The notes under the pieces are model-generated. The model did not search any database and was not told the origin of the DNA. It saw only the letters and a list, made by a program, of their open reading frames with translations. This document shows, one piece after another, positions 27,845 through 37,973 of a DNA stretch of 64,000 nt (position 1 is the stretch's first letter; the number at the start of each line of letters is the position of its first letter). Origin of the DNA: Vicinamibacteria bacterium (lineage in GTDB: Bacteria; Acidobacteriota; Vicinamibacteria; Marinacidobacterales; Marinacidobacteraceae); assembly GCA_965199715.1 (NCBI GenBank), contig OZ241322.1, forward strand, positions 2,016,001-2,080,000. Reading direction: 5' to 3'. Position numbers and translations under genes: made by a program.

Positions 27845-28419
27845 GCCGGCGCCCCCGGAACCGGAATCCCGCCGTCGGCGGCGAGCCGGAGGACCAGCTC
27901 CGGCGGCAGCCCCACGACCCCCGTGAACGAGCCCCGGATCGCGGCGCCGAGCGTCCCTCCCTGGCCCTGGAGCCCGTAGCCGCCCGCCTTGTCGCGGCCT
28001 TCTCCCGACGCGGCGTACCGTGCGATCTCGCCCTCGCCGAGCTTCCGGAAGCGCACCTCGGTGGATCCGGTCGTCGAACGGGTCGCGCCTCCCGCGACCC
28101 CGGTATGCGCCCGGTGCGCCCGCCCGGAGAGGAGCCGCAGCATGTCCCGGTGCGCGACGACCGATTCGGGCTTGCCGAGAATCCGGTCCCCCACCGCGAC
28201 CAAGTTGTCCGCGCCCAGCACGACGGCCGAGGGCCGCAGCGCCGCGACCGTCTCCGCCTTGAGCCGGGCGAGGCGCTCGGTCAACCGATCCGGCGGTTCG
28301 CCCGGCAGCCGCGCCTCGTCCACGTCGGGAGCGTCCACCACGTGCGGCACCCCGAGATCGCGCCGCAGCGCGGTCCGCCGGGGCGAGGATGAGCCGAGCA
28401 CCCACGCCGCGGCGGTCAT
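27841..28419 (-). CDS. maf: Maf family nucleotide pyrophosphatase
   Basis: LGSSSPRR, GADNLV, LGKP, LSGRAH, DKAGGYGLQG. Confidence 0.9.
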   Translation of the reverse strand: MTAAAWVLGSSSPRRTALRRDLGVPHVVDAPDVDEARLPGEPPDRLTERLARLKAETVAALRPSAVVLGADNLVAVGDRILGKPESVVAHRDMLRLLSGRAHRAHTGVAGGATRSTTGSTEVRFRKLGEGEIARYAASGEGRDKAGGYGLQGQGGTLGAAIRGSFTGVVGLPPELVLRLAADGGIPVPGAPA

Positions 28420-29048
28420 CCGGCGGTCTCCCGCGCGCGGAGGTACTCGTCCCAGGCGTCCACGTCGAGAAGCTCGCGGGCGTCCGCCCGCGCGATCGCG
28501 ACCCGCTCCCAACGTTTCCGAAGGAGGGCGGCGGCTCCGCGGTCCGCGTCGCGCGACCCCGCGAGCTCGGGGAGCAGCTTGCGGGCGAGCGCCACCGGAT
28601 GCCCCCACGAACCGGCCCGCTCCATGTCCTCGGTGGCGGCCGCCGCGGCGACCGCATCCGGCCTCCGCGCCCCGAGCACCCGCCGCACGAGTTCCGCCGA
28701 CAGGTACGGCTGGTCCGCCGGAGCGATCACGAACCACCCGGCCCCCGAGCGCCGGGCCGCCTCCCGCGCCCCGCAGCGTAGCGAGGAGAGCATCCCCGAG
28801 CGCCACGCTGGATTGAGCGCGACCCGAACTTCGGGGACGCCCTTCAGCGCGCGGCTCACCTCTCGACTCCGGCAGCCGAGCACGGCGACGACGGGCCGGA
28901 GCCCGGCCTCCGCCAGCGCTTCCGCGGCGGCCCGGACCAAGGGACGGCCGGAGCGGTCGGGATGCGGCAGCAGCGCCTTGGCGCGGCCCCCCATCCGCCG
29001 CGACTCGCCGGCGGCGAGGAGGATCGCCGCCGCCCCGTCAGTGCTCGC
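28416..29048 (-). CDS. Molybdenum cofactor cytidylyltransferase (MocA/YgfJ-like); start codon anomalous
   Basis: ILLAAGESRRMG..KALL, GMLSSL, ADQP, GHPV, DRGA, DVD. Confidence 0.85.
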   Translation of the reverse strand, partial: ASTDGAAAILLAAGESRRMGGRAKALLPHPDRSGRPLVRAAAEALAEAGLRPVVAVLGCRSREVSRALKGVPEVRVALNPAWRSGMLSSLRCGAREAARRSGAGWFVIAPADQPYLSAELVRRVLGARRPDAVAAAAATEDMERAGSWGHPVALARKLLPELAGSRDADRGAAALLRKRWERVAIARADARELLDVDAWDEYLRARETAG

Positions 29049-29694
29049 CTTCGCCCTCCACGACGAAGCCGATCGTGAGTCCCCCCGCCCACGGCCAGCC
29101 GAGGGCGTAGCCGCCGGCGTCGTCCTCGAAGATCGTCGGCTCGGCGATGCCCGCGTAGTTGGGAGTGATGCTCATCACCGCCGGATGGCCGAGGCCGGTC
29201 GCGGCGAAGCTCATGACGTTCAGGTCGGCCTGCCCCCATCCCGCCTCCAGCGCGGAGTCCTCGGCGACCGGAACCAGCAGCACGAAGTCGAGATGCACCG
29301 AGACGCCCATGTGGTTCCCGTCCTCGGGCCGGTTGCCGTACCGCATCGTGAACACGCCCGGCTCGATCCGGTTGCCCTTGTAGTCGGACCACGTCCCGTC
29401 GATCCGGACCACGCCGACGAGCGTCCCCACCCCGAGCTCGGGGAAGCTCGCTCCCTGGCTCGCGTTCTCGCCCGAGGGCTGGTCGGCGCGCAGCCAGAAG
29501 TCGAGGTTCACGCCGGATTCGAGCGTCGCACGAACCCCGTCGGCGTGCAGCGCGTCGCGGATTTCCGCCGCGATCTCCCCGGGCGGGGGGCCGTCGGCGG
29601 CGCCCAGCGTCGGCTCGGCGGCCGCCGGACTCGCGAGCGCGCCAGCGAGGGCAAGCAGAACGGGGCGAAGCCCACGGAACATCGACGGACCCAT
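29038..29694 (-). CDS. Secreted hypothetical protein in Mo-enzyme operon
   Basis: Signal peptide; PGVFTMRY, PEDGNHMGVS, DFVLL, GHPAVM. Confidence 0.75.
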   Translation of the reverse strand: MGPSMFRGLRPVLLALAGALASPAAAEPTLGAADGPPPGEIAAEIRDALHADGVRATLESGVNLDFWLRADQPSGENASQGASFPELGVGTLVGVVRIDGTWSDYKGNRIEPGVFTMRYGNRPEDGNHMGVSVHLDFVLLVPVAEDSALEAGWGQADLNVMSFAATGLGHPAVMSITPNYAGIAEPTIFEDDAGGYALGWPWAGGLTIGFVVEGEGEH

Positions 29695-29705
29695 CCTCTC
29701 CGGAA

Positions 29706-30377
29706 TCAGCGGACGAAGCTGCCGACGAACGCGCTGCGCTTCAGCGGACAGCTCCACGTGGCGTTGAAGTCGTCGCCCCGGAACGCGTGCTTCTCGGTGT
29801 ACGCCGGAACCGCGCTCTCCACGTCGGTCAGCGGGTCGTAGTACACGAACTCGCTGCCGCAGAGGTGATCCTTGTGACCGATGGCGCGCGTCTCCAGATC
29901 GACCAGCTCGCCGGCCTTCAGCGAGGCGTAGCCCGGACGGCCGTCGAACTCGGTTTCCACGGTTTCGTCGTGGATCCCCCGGACCCGGTCGAGCAGCTCG
30001 CCGCCCATTTCGCGGGCGAACTGGATGAGCGCGGTCCGCTGGTCGGAATCCGCGTTCCGGTCCACGATCAGCACGGAATCGGCCGGATACGGAGTCGCGT
30101 GCGGATCGCCGAGCGTCGCCTTCGCCTTCACGACCGCGACGACGTTGAGCCCGGCGAGCGGTACGCCCTCGTAGCTCCCCTCGGAGATGCTCCAGGCGAG
30201 GATGGCCTCCCGCCCGGCGAGGCCCACCTCGCTGTTCGCGAAGCAGTGCCCGGCGTACACGTCCGCCGTCCGCGCCTCGAGGTACAGGCCCTCGAGCGTG
30301 GAATCCGATTCGGCGGCGCCGGCGGCCCCGCCGAGAAAAAGCGCCGCGAAACCGACGCTGACGAGCTTCCTGACCAT
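29706..30377 (-). CDS. DUF1326-like secreted protein
   Basis: Signal peptide; GLYLEARTADVYAGHCFANSE, HLCGSE, RSAFVGSF. Confidence 0.75.
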   Translation of the reverse strand: MVRKLVSVGFAALFLGGAAGAAESDSTLEGLYLEARTADVYAGHCFANSEVGLAGREAILAWSISEGSYEGVPLAGLNVVAVVKAKATLGDPHATPYPADSVLIVDRNADSDQRTALIQFAREMGGELLDRVRGIHDETVETEFDGRPGYASLKAGELVDLETRAIGHKDHLCGSEFVYYDPLTDVESAVPAYTEKHAFRGDDFNATWSCPLKRSAFVGSFVR

Positions 30378-30454
30378 GAGGTGTCTCCGATCCGAAGGGC
30401 GGGCGGAGGCCCCGCCCGGAAGTTGGCTGACTCTAGCGCAGTCGTCGGGCGCGC

Positions 30455-30715
30455 TCACCACGCCCGCTCGAAGCACGGACGCCCGGCGCCCTCGGAGCAG
30501 CGGTCGCGGTCCGCGACCCTGCCGTCCGGGCCGAGGCAGTTCTGGGTGTGGGCGCACCAGAAGTAGCCGTCCCCGGGGACGCCTCCCGGCACCGTGGGGT
30601 CGTACTCCACGTCCATGTACATGGCCTTGGAGCGCAGCCGATGGCACATCGACAGCGCGGCCCGTCCGGCGGCCCCGGGAACCGCGGTCTTCGCAGTGGC
30701 GGTCAGCTTGGCCAT
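30455..30715 (-). CDS. Small cysteine-rich protein (5 Cys)
   Basis: CHRLRSK, FWCAHTQNCLGPDG, C..., RPCF; starts 4 nt after the FAD subunit stop with GGAGG RBS. Confidence 0.75.
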   Translation of the reverse strand: MAKLTATAKTAVPGAAGRAALSMCHRLRSKAMYMDVEYDPTVPGGVPGDGYFWCAHTQNCLGPDGRVADRDRCSEGAGRPCFERAW

Positions 30716-30719
30716 CGTG

Positions 30720-31670
30720 TCAGCCCTCCATGGCTGCGAGCGCGGCGCGCTTCACCGCGACCCGCGTCAACTGGATCTTGTAGCCGTTGCCCGACAGCGC
30801 CGTCGCGCCGGAGACCGCGGCGTCGCCCGCGGCGCTGGCGGACGCTTCCGAGATCCCCCCGGCGAGCGCGTCGCCCGCAGCGGTCGCGATCCACGGAGCG
30901 GGCGCGACCTGTCCCAGCACGACCCGCGCGCCGCCGTCGCGGGCGGCCACGCTCGCGGTCGCGAGCGGCCAATCGAAGCCCTTGCGGTTCTTCACCGCGT
31001 AGCTGGCGTTCCGGCTCGATCCCATCGGGATCGTCACGGCGGTCACGATCTCTCCGGCGGCGAGCGTGAACTCGCTCTCGTCGCTCGAGGCCGGCGTGCG
31101 GTAGAGATCCTCGAGCGGCATGGTCCGTTCGCCGTCCGGTCCGAACACGCTCGCCGTCGCGCCGAGCGCCACCAGCGGCGGGGCCACGATCGAGGGGTTC
31201 ACGAATGCCGCGGCGCCCGAGTTCCCCAAGATCGCGTGGTACCGGTTGTCGCCCTTCTTCGGCATGGACTCGCCCTCATGCATCGGGACGAGGCCGAAGC
31301 CGGCGCGGAAGTACCAGCAGCGGGGACGGTGGCAGAGGTCGCCGCCGAGCGTGCGCATCGTCAGCACCTGCCGGCTGCCGATGCTGTCGATGGCCTGCGC
31401 CAGCGCGGGGAACCGGGACTGGATCGAGCGGGACTCGGCCAGCGGGCCGAGCCGGGTGGTCGCGCCGATCCGGAACCCGTCCCCGGTCTCGCCGGCGCCC
31501 TCGAGGTCGGCGATCCCCTTCAGGTTGACGAGCCGGGAAGGCGCGACCGCGCCGTCCTTCATCAGGCTCAGCAGGTCGCTTCCCCCGGCGAACGCGACCG
31601 CGCCCGGCATGGCGAGGTGCTGGACCGCCTCCTCGGCAGTCCGGGGGCTCACGTACTCGAAGGCTCGCAT
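30720..31670 (-). CDS. Xanthine dehydrogenase family FAD-binding subunit (PaoB/YagS-like)
   Basis: MRAFEY, AGGSDLLSLMK, TLGGDLCHRPRCWYFR, NRYHAI, NGYKIQL. Confidence 0.93.
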   Translation of the reverse strand: MRAFEYVSPRTAEEAVQHLAMPGAVAFAGGSDLLSLMKDGAVAPSRLVNLKGIADLEGAGETGDGFRIGATTRLGPLAESRSIQSRFPALAQAIDSIGSRQVLTMRTLGGDLCHRPRCWYFRAGFGLVPMHEGESMPKKGDNRYHAILGNSGAAAFVNPSIVAPPLVALGATASVFGPDGERTMPLEDLYRTPASSDESEFTLAAGEIVTAVTIPMGSSRNASYAVKNRKGFDWPLATASVAARDGGARVVLGQVAPAPWIATAAGDALAGGISEASASAAGDAAVSGATALSGNGYKIQLTRVAVKRAALAAMEG

Positions 31671-33796
31671 CAGGCATTCCCTCCCGCATCGAGGGCGGCG
31701 AGCACCCTCTCCGGTGTCATGGGCATCTCGTTGATCGGGACTCCGGCGGCGTTGCTGGCCGCGTTCGCGATCGCCGCGCCGGGGGCGATCACCGGCGGTT
31801 CGCCGAGACCGATCACGCCGCGTTCGTCGTAGCCGGGGCCGGTCATCATGTGGACGATCATCTCGCCCACGTCGGCGATGCCGGCCAGCTTGTAGAACTC
31901 CATCTCGGCGTTCAGCATCCTCCCGCTGACCGGATCGAAGATCCGCTCCTCGGTGAGCGCGTACGTGACGCCCATGATGAGCGCCCCGTACACCTGGCTC
32001 TCGGCGGTCTTCATGTCGAGGATCAGCCCGCAGTCCTGGACCGCCACCAGCCGGTTGATGGACACCACGCCGGTCTCCGTGTCCACGCTCACGTCGGCCA
32101 TCTGGACGCCGCCGACGCCGCTGTCGGTGAGTTGGCCCGGCCCCGGGTTGGCGCCGGTCGCCATGACCGGGTTCACGCCGACGAGCGCCGCCGCCCGCCG
32201 CCACGGCATCGGCGGATTGGACCCGTCCATGAACCGCAGCTCGCCGTCCTTGAGCATCAGGTTCGCCGGCTCGGTCCCGAGGCGCGGCGCGATCCGCTCG
32301 AACAGCGCGTCCACCGCGTTCAGCGCGGCCCGCCGGGTGGCGCCGCTGACGCCGCCCACGGTGGTGCTGCCCCCCGAAGCGCCCGAGGCCGGAAGCACGC
32401 TCCGGCCCATCGTCACCTTGACCTCGTCGATGCCGAGGCCGAAGGTGTCGGCGAGCACGATCCCGATTACGGTCCGGGTGCCGGTTCCGAGGTCCTGGCT
32501 GCCGATCCGGGCTTCCACGAGCCCGTCCCGATAGACGAGCACCTCGCAGTTGCTGCGGTGGCCGCGTCCGCCCCAGGTGTGGAGCGCGAGGCCGAGCCCG
32601 GACTTGACGGTTCCCGAAGAGGAGCCCCGGGGCCGCCAGCGTTCGCGCCAGCCCATGAGCTCCGCGCCCTTCTCCAGCTCGTCCACGTAGGTCTGGGAGC
32701 GATCGCCGGTCGTCCCGATGTTCTTCAGGAAGAAGTCGAGCGGATCCATGCCCGCGGCGTGCGCGAGGTCGTCGAGCGCCCGCATCGTGACGAAGCACGC
32801 CTGCGGGTGGTTCGGGGCCCGCCACGCCCGCGCCGGCCCGGTGTTCGTCGGGACCGAGGTGTGGGCGTGGGTCTGGTTCGCGAACTCGAACACGTAGGGA
32901 ATCGGGGGCGAACCCGCGCCGGCCGGACCGCCGGAACCCCAGCTCTTCGAGTTCCACCCGACCACGTTGCCTTCGGCGTCGGCGCCGAGCGTCACCTCGG
33001 CGTGGGTCGAGGGCCGGGAGCCGGCCACCGAGACTTCCTGGTCCCGGTCGAGCATCAGCTTCACCGGGCGTCCGGTCATCCGGGCCAGCTCCACGCCGAC
33101 GACGCCCCAGCGGTCGGCGCTGAACTTGCTCCCGAATCCGCCGCCCATGTACTGGGTCTCGACGTGGACGTTCGACGCCGGAATCCCGATCGCCTCGCCC
33201 AACTGGGACGCGACGCCGCTGATCGCCTGGGTCGACGCCCACACGGTGACGGACTCCTCGTCCTCCCACTCGGCGACCTGCCCATGGGACTCGAGCGAGC
33301 AGTGCGCGATCTGCGCCGCGTGGTAGCTGCCGCTCGCGGTGGTCGCGGCGGAAGCGAGCGCGGTATCGGGATCGCCGGTCGTCTCGGCCTGCGCTTCCTG
33401 CGGATCGGGCGCGTCGGCCAAGTTCCGCTCGGTGACGAAGTGGGGGAGCACCTCGTACTCGACGACCACCGCGTCGGCGCCGTCCCGCGCCGCTTCCTCG
33501 GAAGTCGCGGCGACGGCCACGATCTCGTCGTGCGCCCACTGGATCTCGGTGCCGACGTCCTGGATCACGTGCACCTTGACCACGCCGGGCATGGCCTCGG
33601 CGGCGGACGCGTCGATGCGGGTGATCCGGGCGTGCGCGTGCGGCGACTGGACCATGATGGCCCACAGCATCGCGAGCCGGTTCTTGTCGTAGGCGTACTT
33701 CGCGCGCCCGGTCGCCTTCACCGGCCCGTCCACCCGGTTCAGCCGGGAGCCGATGAGGCGCCGGTCGGAAGCTGCCGGCCAGACGTACTCAGCCAT
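31670..33796 (-). CDS. Xanthine dehydrogenase family molybdopterin-binding subunit
   Basis: SPHAHA, GGGFGSK, QDLGTGTRT, SGGSTT, GLGEPP (catalytic Glu). Confidence 0.95.
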   Translation of the reverse strand: MAEYVWPAASDRRLIGSRLNRVDGPVKATGRAKYAYDKNRLAMLWAIMVQSPHAHARITRIDASAAEAMPGVVKVHVIQDVGTEIQWAHDEIVAVAATSEEAARDGADAVVVEYEVLPHFVTERNLADAPDPQEAQAETTGDPDTALASAATTASGSYHAAQIAHCSLESHGQVAEWEDEESVTVWASTQAISGVASQLGEAIGIPASNVHVETQYMGGGFGSKFSADRWGVVGVELARMTGRPVKLMLDRDQEVSVAGSRPSTHAEVTLGADAEGNVVGWNSKSWGSGGPAGAGSPPIPYVFEFANQTHAHTSVPTNTGPARAWRAPNHPQACFVTMRALDDLAHAAGMDPLDFFLKNIGTTGDRSQTYVDELEKGAELMGWRERWRPRGSSSGTVKSGLGLALHTWGGRGHRSNCEVLVYRDGLVEARIGSQDLGTGTRTVIGIVLADTFGLGIDEVKVTMGRSVLPASGASGGSTTVGGVSGATRRAALNAVDALFERIAPRLGTEPANLMLKDGELRFMDGSNPPMPWRRAAALVGVNPVMATGANPGPGQLTDSGVGGVQMADVSVDTETGVVSINRLVAVQDCGLILDMKTAESQVYGALIMGVTYALTEERIFDPVSGRMLNAEMEFYKLAGIADVGEMIVHMMTGPGYDERGVIGLGEPPVIAPGAAIANAASNAAGVPINEMPMTPERVLAALDAGGNA

Positions 33797-34451
33797 TGGT
33801 CGTTCCTCCTCCGGAGACGCGGGCGACAGCCGCCCGGATCCCGGCGTAGGTGCCGCAGCGGCAGAGGTTGCCGCCCAGCTCCCGATGGGTCGTCTCGAGG
33901 TCGGGGTTCGGATGCCGGTCGAGCAGCGCGGCGCTCGCGACCACGAAGCCCGGCGTGCAGAAGCCGCACTGCTGGGCGTCGTGGTCCACGAAGGCCTGCT
34001 GCAGGGGATGCATGTCGTCCGGCGAGCCGATCCCCTCGATCGTCGTGACGTCGCGCCCCTGCGCCTCGATCGCGAGGACCGAGCAGGCGTAGGCCGGCGC
34101 GCCGTCCAGAAGGACCGTGCACGCCCCGCAGGTGCCCCGGTCGCACACCTTCTTGGAGCCGGTCAGGTCGAGGTGGTTCCGCAGCGCGTCCAGCAGCGTC
34201 ACCCTCGGCTCGACGGTCGCGACGTACGCCTCGCCGTTGATCCGGAAGGCCATGTCCACCGGATCCGGGCCGACGACGGCGGCTCCCTCCTGGGCTTCGG
34301 CGGCGTCGAGGAGCCCGCCGAGCGCGCCCGCCGAAACCGCTCCGGCGGCGGCGCTTCCCTGAAGAAACGCCCGTCGAGAGAAGGGCCCGGGGCGCGTGGG
34401 AGCGTCCGGCGCCTCCCCCCGCGCAACGTCAGGATTCTTGCCTTCGGCCAT
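33789..34451 (-). CDS. (2Fe-2S) subunit with Tat signal (PaoA/YagT-like)
   Basis: SRRAFLQG; CDRGTCGAC, QCGFCTPG, NLCRCGTY. Confidence 0.95.
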   Translation of the reverse strand: MAEGKNPDVARGEAPDAPTRPGPFSRRAFLQGSAAAGAVSAGALGGLLDAAEAQEGAAVVGPDPVDMAFRINGEAYVATVEPRVTLLDALRNHLDLTGSKKVCDRGTCGACTVLLDGAPAYACSVLAIEAQGRDVTTIEGIGSPDDMHPLQQAFVDHDAQQCGFCTPGFVVASAALLDRHPNPDLETTHRELGGNLCRCGTYAGIRAAVARVSGGGTTNG

Positions 34452-34536
34452 CAAGGTTCCTCCAGAAGTCACGAAGCGTGACGGCTCCCAACTATACCAA
34501 CGGGAACCCGGCGGGCGGGGCGATAGCATCAGTCCG

Positions 34537-34854
34537 ATGCCGGGGCGGTCCTCCCATCGGAAGCGGCGCGATCCGGCCCCGCTCTCCGCGCTGCTGGGCC
34601 TCGCGCTCCCGCGGAAGCTCCAGAAGCGTTTTCTCGATCTGGAGCTTCTGTCCGACGCGTTCCGGGAGGTCGCGCCGGACCGGATGGTGCTGGAACTGGA
34701 GCCGGTCTCGTTCGAGCGCGGCGTCCTCACGCTGCAGGGCGCGGACCCCGATCCGACGTCCCCCCGAGAGCGGGCGGCGCTCGCCCGGCGCGTGCTGGAG
34801 GCCGCCGGCGCGCCCGCCGCGTCGCTTCGGATCCGCATCGTGGCCGGAACGTGA
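34537..34854 (+). CDS. Small hypothetical protein, possibly DciA/DUF721-like
   Basis: 105 aa; FREVAP...PVSFERGVLTL pattern; GTGA overlap with thiolase. Confidence 0.5.
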   Translation: MPGRSSHRKRRDPAPLSALLGLALPRKLQKRFLDLELLSDAFREVAPDRMVLELEPVSFERGVLTLQGADPDPTSPRERAALARRVLEAAGAPAASLRIRIVAGT

Positions 34855-36002
34855 CCGCGCCGGTCTGGATCGCGAGCGCGGTCCGCGCGCCGATCGGACG
34901 GTTCCTCGGCGCGCTCGCCGAAGTTCCGGCTCCCCGCCTCGGCGCCCTCGTCGCGGCCGAGGCGGCGCGCCGCGCCGGAGTCCCCCCGGAGGCGGTCGAT
35001 GAGGTGATTCTCGGGAACGTCCTGAGCGCCGGACTCGGCCAGAACCCGGCGCGGCGGGCCGCGCTCGGGGCTGGGTTTCCCCCCGGGGTCTCCGCGTTCT
35101 CGGTGAACAAGGTCTGCGGCTCCGGGCTGAAGGCGGTGATGCTGGCCCGCCAGGCGATCCTCGCCGGCGACGCCGAGATCGTCGTGGCCGGCGGCATGGA
35201 GTCCATGTCGCGCGCGCCCCACCTCGTCTCCCGGCTGCGCGAGGGCCGGAAGCTGGGCGACCTGCCGCTCGTGGACGCGGCCGTGCACGACGGGCTCACC
35301 GACGCCGGTTTGGGCATCCACATGGGAGAGACCGCGGAGCGGGTCGCCGACCGCTACGGGATCTCCCGCGAGGAGATGGACGAGGCGGCGCTCGAGAGCC
35401 ACCGCCGGGCCGCCGCCGCCCAAGCCGGCGGCCGATTCGCGGCGGAAATTCTACCGGTGGGGGGCCTCGACGGGGACGAGCCGGTGCGCGCCGACCAGAC
35501 GATGCAGGCGCTGGGGCGGCTTCGCCCGGCGTTCCGCAAGGACGGGCGGGTGACCGCCGGCAACGCCCCGGGCCTCAGCGACGGGGCCGCGGCGCTCGTG
35601 ATCGCGTCGGATCGCGCGGTCCGGTCCCGCGGCCTCCCCCGTCTCGCGCGCCTGCGCGCCCAGTCCGTATCCGGACTCGAGCCCGAGTGGGTGATGATGA
35701 CCCCGGTTCCGGCGGTGCGGACGCTCTTGGAGCGGCTCGACTGGACGGTGGACTCGGTCGCCCGGTTCGAGATCAACGAGGCCTTCGCGGTCCAGGGGAT
35801 CGCCGTCCGGCGCGAACTGGGGCTGCCCGAGGAGCGCACGAACGCGAACGGCGGGGCGGTCGCGCTCGGGCACCCGATCGGGGCCAGCGGCGCCCGCGTG
35901 CTGACCACGCTGGTCCACGCCCTGCCCGAAGGGAGCCGGGGCGTGGCCAGCTTGTGCCTCGGAGGCGGCAACGGCGTCGCCGTGGGAGTGGAACGTGTCT
36001 GA
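34851..36002 (+). CDS. Acetyl-CoA C-acetyltransferase (thiolase)
   Basis: [32 protein letters not shown]. Confidence 0.96.
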   Translation: MTAPVWIASAVRAPIGRFLGALAEVPAPRLGALVAAEAARRAGVPPEAVDEVILGNVLSAGLGQNPARRAALGAGFPPGVSAFSVNKVCGSGLKAVMLARQAILAGDAEIVVAGGMESMSRAPHLVSRLREGRKLGDLPLVDAAVHDGLTDAGLGIHMGETAERVADRYGISREEMDEAALESHRRAAAAQAGGRFAAEILPVGGLDGDEPVRADQTMQALGRLRPAFRKDGRVTAGNAPGLSDGAAALVIASDRAVRSRGLPRLARLRAQSVSGLEPEWVMMTPVPAVRTLLERLDWTVDSVARFEINEAFAVQGIAVRRELGLPEERTNANGGAVALGHPIGASGARVLTTLVHALPEGSRGVASLCLGGGNGVAVGVERV

Positions 36003-36849
36003 CCGAGTCGCGGTGCTGGGCGCCGGAACCATGGGGGCGGGGATCGCGCAGGTCTTTTCGGTCGCCGGGTACCGGGTGGATCTGCTCGACGTGTCCGAAG
36101 AGCTGAGCGCTCGCGGCATGGACGCGATCCGGGCGAGCCTCCGGCGGGTGGAGAAGAAGGGCCGGATCGCCGGGCCCGACGCCCGCGCCGCGCTCGACCG
36201 GATCCGCCCGGGCGCGGGAGTCGCGCCGGTCGCCGGGGCGTCCTTCGTCGTGGAGGCGGTGGTCGAGCGCGAATCGGTGAAGCAGGAGCTCTACCGGGGG
36301 ATCGCCGGACTCGTCCCCGAAAGCGCCGTCCTCGCCTCGAACACGTCGTCGATCTCGATCACGCGCCTCGGCCGAGCCTCGGGACGAGCCGACCGGTTCA
36401 TCGGGATGCACTTCATGAACCCGGTTCCGGTCATGAAGCTGGTCGAGGTGATCGCGGGGCTCGAGACCTCGCCCGAGACGGTGCGCCGGACCGTCGCGCT
36501 GGCCAGGGAGCTCGGCAAGACCCCGTGCGTCGTCCGGGACGCTCCCGGATTCGTGTCCAACCGCGTGCTCGTTCCCATGATCAACGAGGCGATCGGCGCC
36601 CTCGCCGAAGGCGTCGGCGCGCCCGAGGACATCGACCGCATCATGAAGCTCGGGATGGGGCACCCGATGGGGCCGCTGGCGCTCGCCGATCTGATCGGGC
36701 TCGACGTCGTGCTCGACATCCTCCGCGTGCTTCAGTCCGGCTTCGGCGACCCGCGCTACCGGCCCTCGCCGCTGCTGGTCCAGATGGTGGACGCCGGCCG
36801 CCTCGGGCGGAAGACCGGCCGGGGATTCTTCGATTACGAGGGGGAATGA
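35995..36849 (+). CDS. hbd: 3-hydroxybutyryl-CoA dehydrogenase
   Basis: [36 protein letters not shown]. Confidence 0.93.
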   Translation: MSDRVAVLGAGTMGAGIAQVFSVAGYRVDLLDVSEELSARGMDAIRASLRRVEKKGRIAGPDARAALDRIRPGAGVAPVAGASFVVEAVVERESVKQELYRGIAGLVPESAVLASNTSSISITRLGRASGRADRFIGMHFMNPVPVMKLVEVIAGLETSPETVRRTVALARELGKTPCVVRDAPGFVSNRVLVPMINEAIGALAEGVGAPEDIDRIMKLGMGHPMGPLALADLIGLDVVLDILRVLQSGFGDPRYRPSPLLVQMVDAGRLGRKTGRGFFDYEGE

Positions 36850-36965
36850 CGCGCCGGTTTTCCACAATGCGCGCCCGGGCTGCACATTTTTCGCTCGCGT
36901 TACGTGTTTAACGAGTAGCGGTTTTGGCCGCCCAGCTCTTCCCCATTCCCACGGAGTTCCTTCGC

Positions 36966-37973
36966 ATGCCCAAGAATCCCAAGAGCCCCAAGGGGCTTGA
37001 ACTCGCGCTGGAAAAAATCCAGCGCAACCACGGCAAGGGCGCCATCATGTCGCTCAACGCCCGTGCGCTCGACATTTCCTCGATCCCGACCGGAATCCTC
37101 TCGGTGGACGCCGCGCTCGGCGTGGGCGGCTTTCCCCGGGGGCGGGTCGTCGAGGTCTATGGCCCCGAGTCCTCGGGCAAGACCACCCTCGCGCTCACCG
37201 TGGCCGCCTCGGCGCAGGCCGGCGGCGGCGTCGCCGCCGTCGTGGACGCCGAGCACGCGCTGGACCCGGTGTACGCCGGCGCGCTCGGCGTGGACACCGA
37301 TCAGCTCCTCGTCTCGCAGCCCGACGACGGCGAGCAGGCGCTCGAGATCACCGAGACGCTCGTGCGCAGCGGATCCATCGACGTGGTGGTCGTGGATTCG
37401 GTCGCGGCGCTCGTCCCCCGGTCCGAGCTCGACGGCGAGATGGGCGACTCGCAGGTCGGGCTCCAGGCGCGGCTCATGTCGAAGGCGCTGCGCAAGCTCA
37501 CCGGCGCGGTCGCCAAGTCGGACACCTGCCTCATCTTCATCAACCAGCTCCGGGAGAAGATCGGGGTCATGTTCGGCAACCCGGAGACCCAGCCGGGGGG
37601 CCGCGCCCTCAAGTTCTACTCCTCGGTCCGCATCGACATCCGCCGGATCGGCGCGATCAAGGAAGGCGACCGCCCCATCGGGAACCGCACCCGGGTGAAG
37701 GTGGTGAAGAACAAGGTGGCGCCGCCCTTCCGCCAGGCCGAGTTCGACGTCCTCTACGGCGTGGGCATCTCCCGCATCGGCGACCTCATCGACCTGGCGG
37801 TCGCGAACCGGATCATCGAGAAGGCCGGAGCCTGGTATTCGTTCGACGGCGAGCAAGTGGGGCAGGGCCGGGAACGCGCCCGCCGCACGCTGGGCGAGAA
37901 CGAGGAGATGCGCGCGGCCGTTGAGTCCCGGGTCAAGAAGGCGCTCGGGATGGAGAAGGACGAGGAGGAGTAG
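36966..37973 (+). CDS. recA: Recombinase RecA
   Basis: [43 protein letters not shown]. Confidence 0.99.
   Translation: MPKNPKSPKGLELALEKIQRNHGKGAIMSLNARALDISSIPTGILSVDAALGVGGFPRGRVVEVYGPESSGKTTLALTVAASAQAGGGVAAVVDAEHALDPVYAGALGVDTDQLLVSQPDDGEQALEITETLVRSGSIDVVVVDSVAALVPRSELDGEMGDSQVGLQARLMSKALRKLTGAVAKSDTCLIFINQLREKIGVMFGNPETQPGGRALKFYSSVRIDIRRIGAIKEGDRPIGNRTRVKVVKNKVAPPFRQAEFDVLYGVGISRIGDLIDLAVANRIIEKAGAWYSFDGEQVGQGRERARRTLGENEEMRAAVESRVKKALGMEKDEEE

Noticed and set aside
36850-36965. Possible LexA box upstream of recA
   Set aside because: No convincing CTGT-N8-ACAG, GAAC-N4-GTTC or GTTC-N7-GTTC could be seen.
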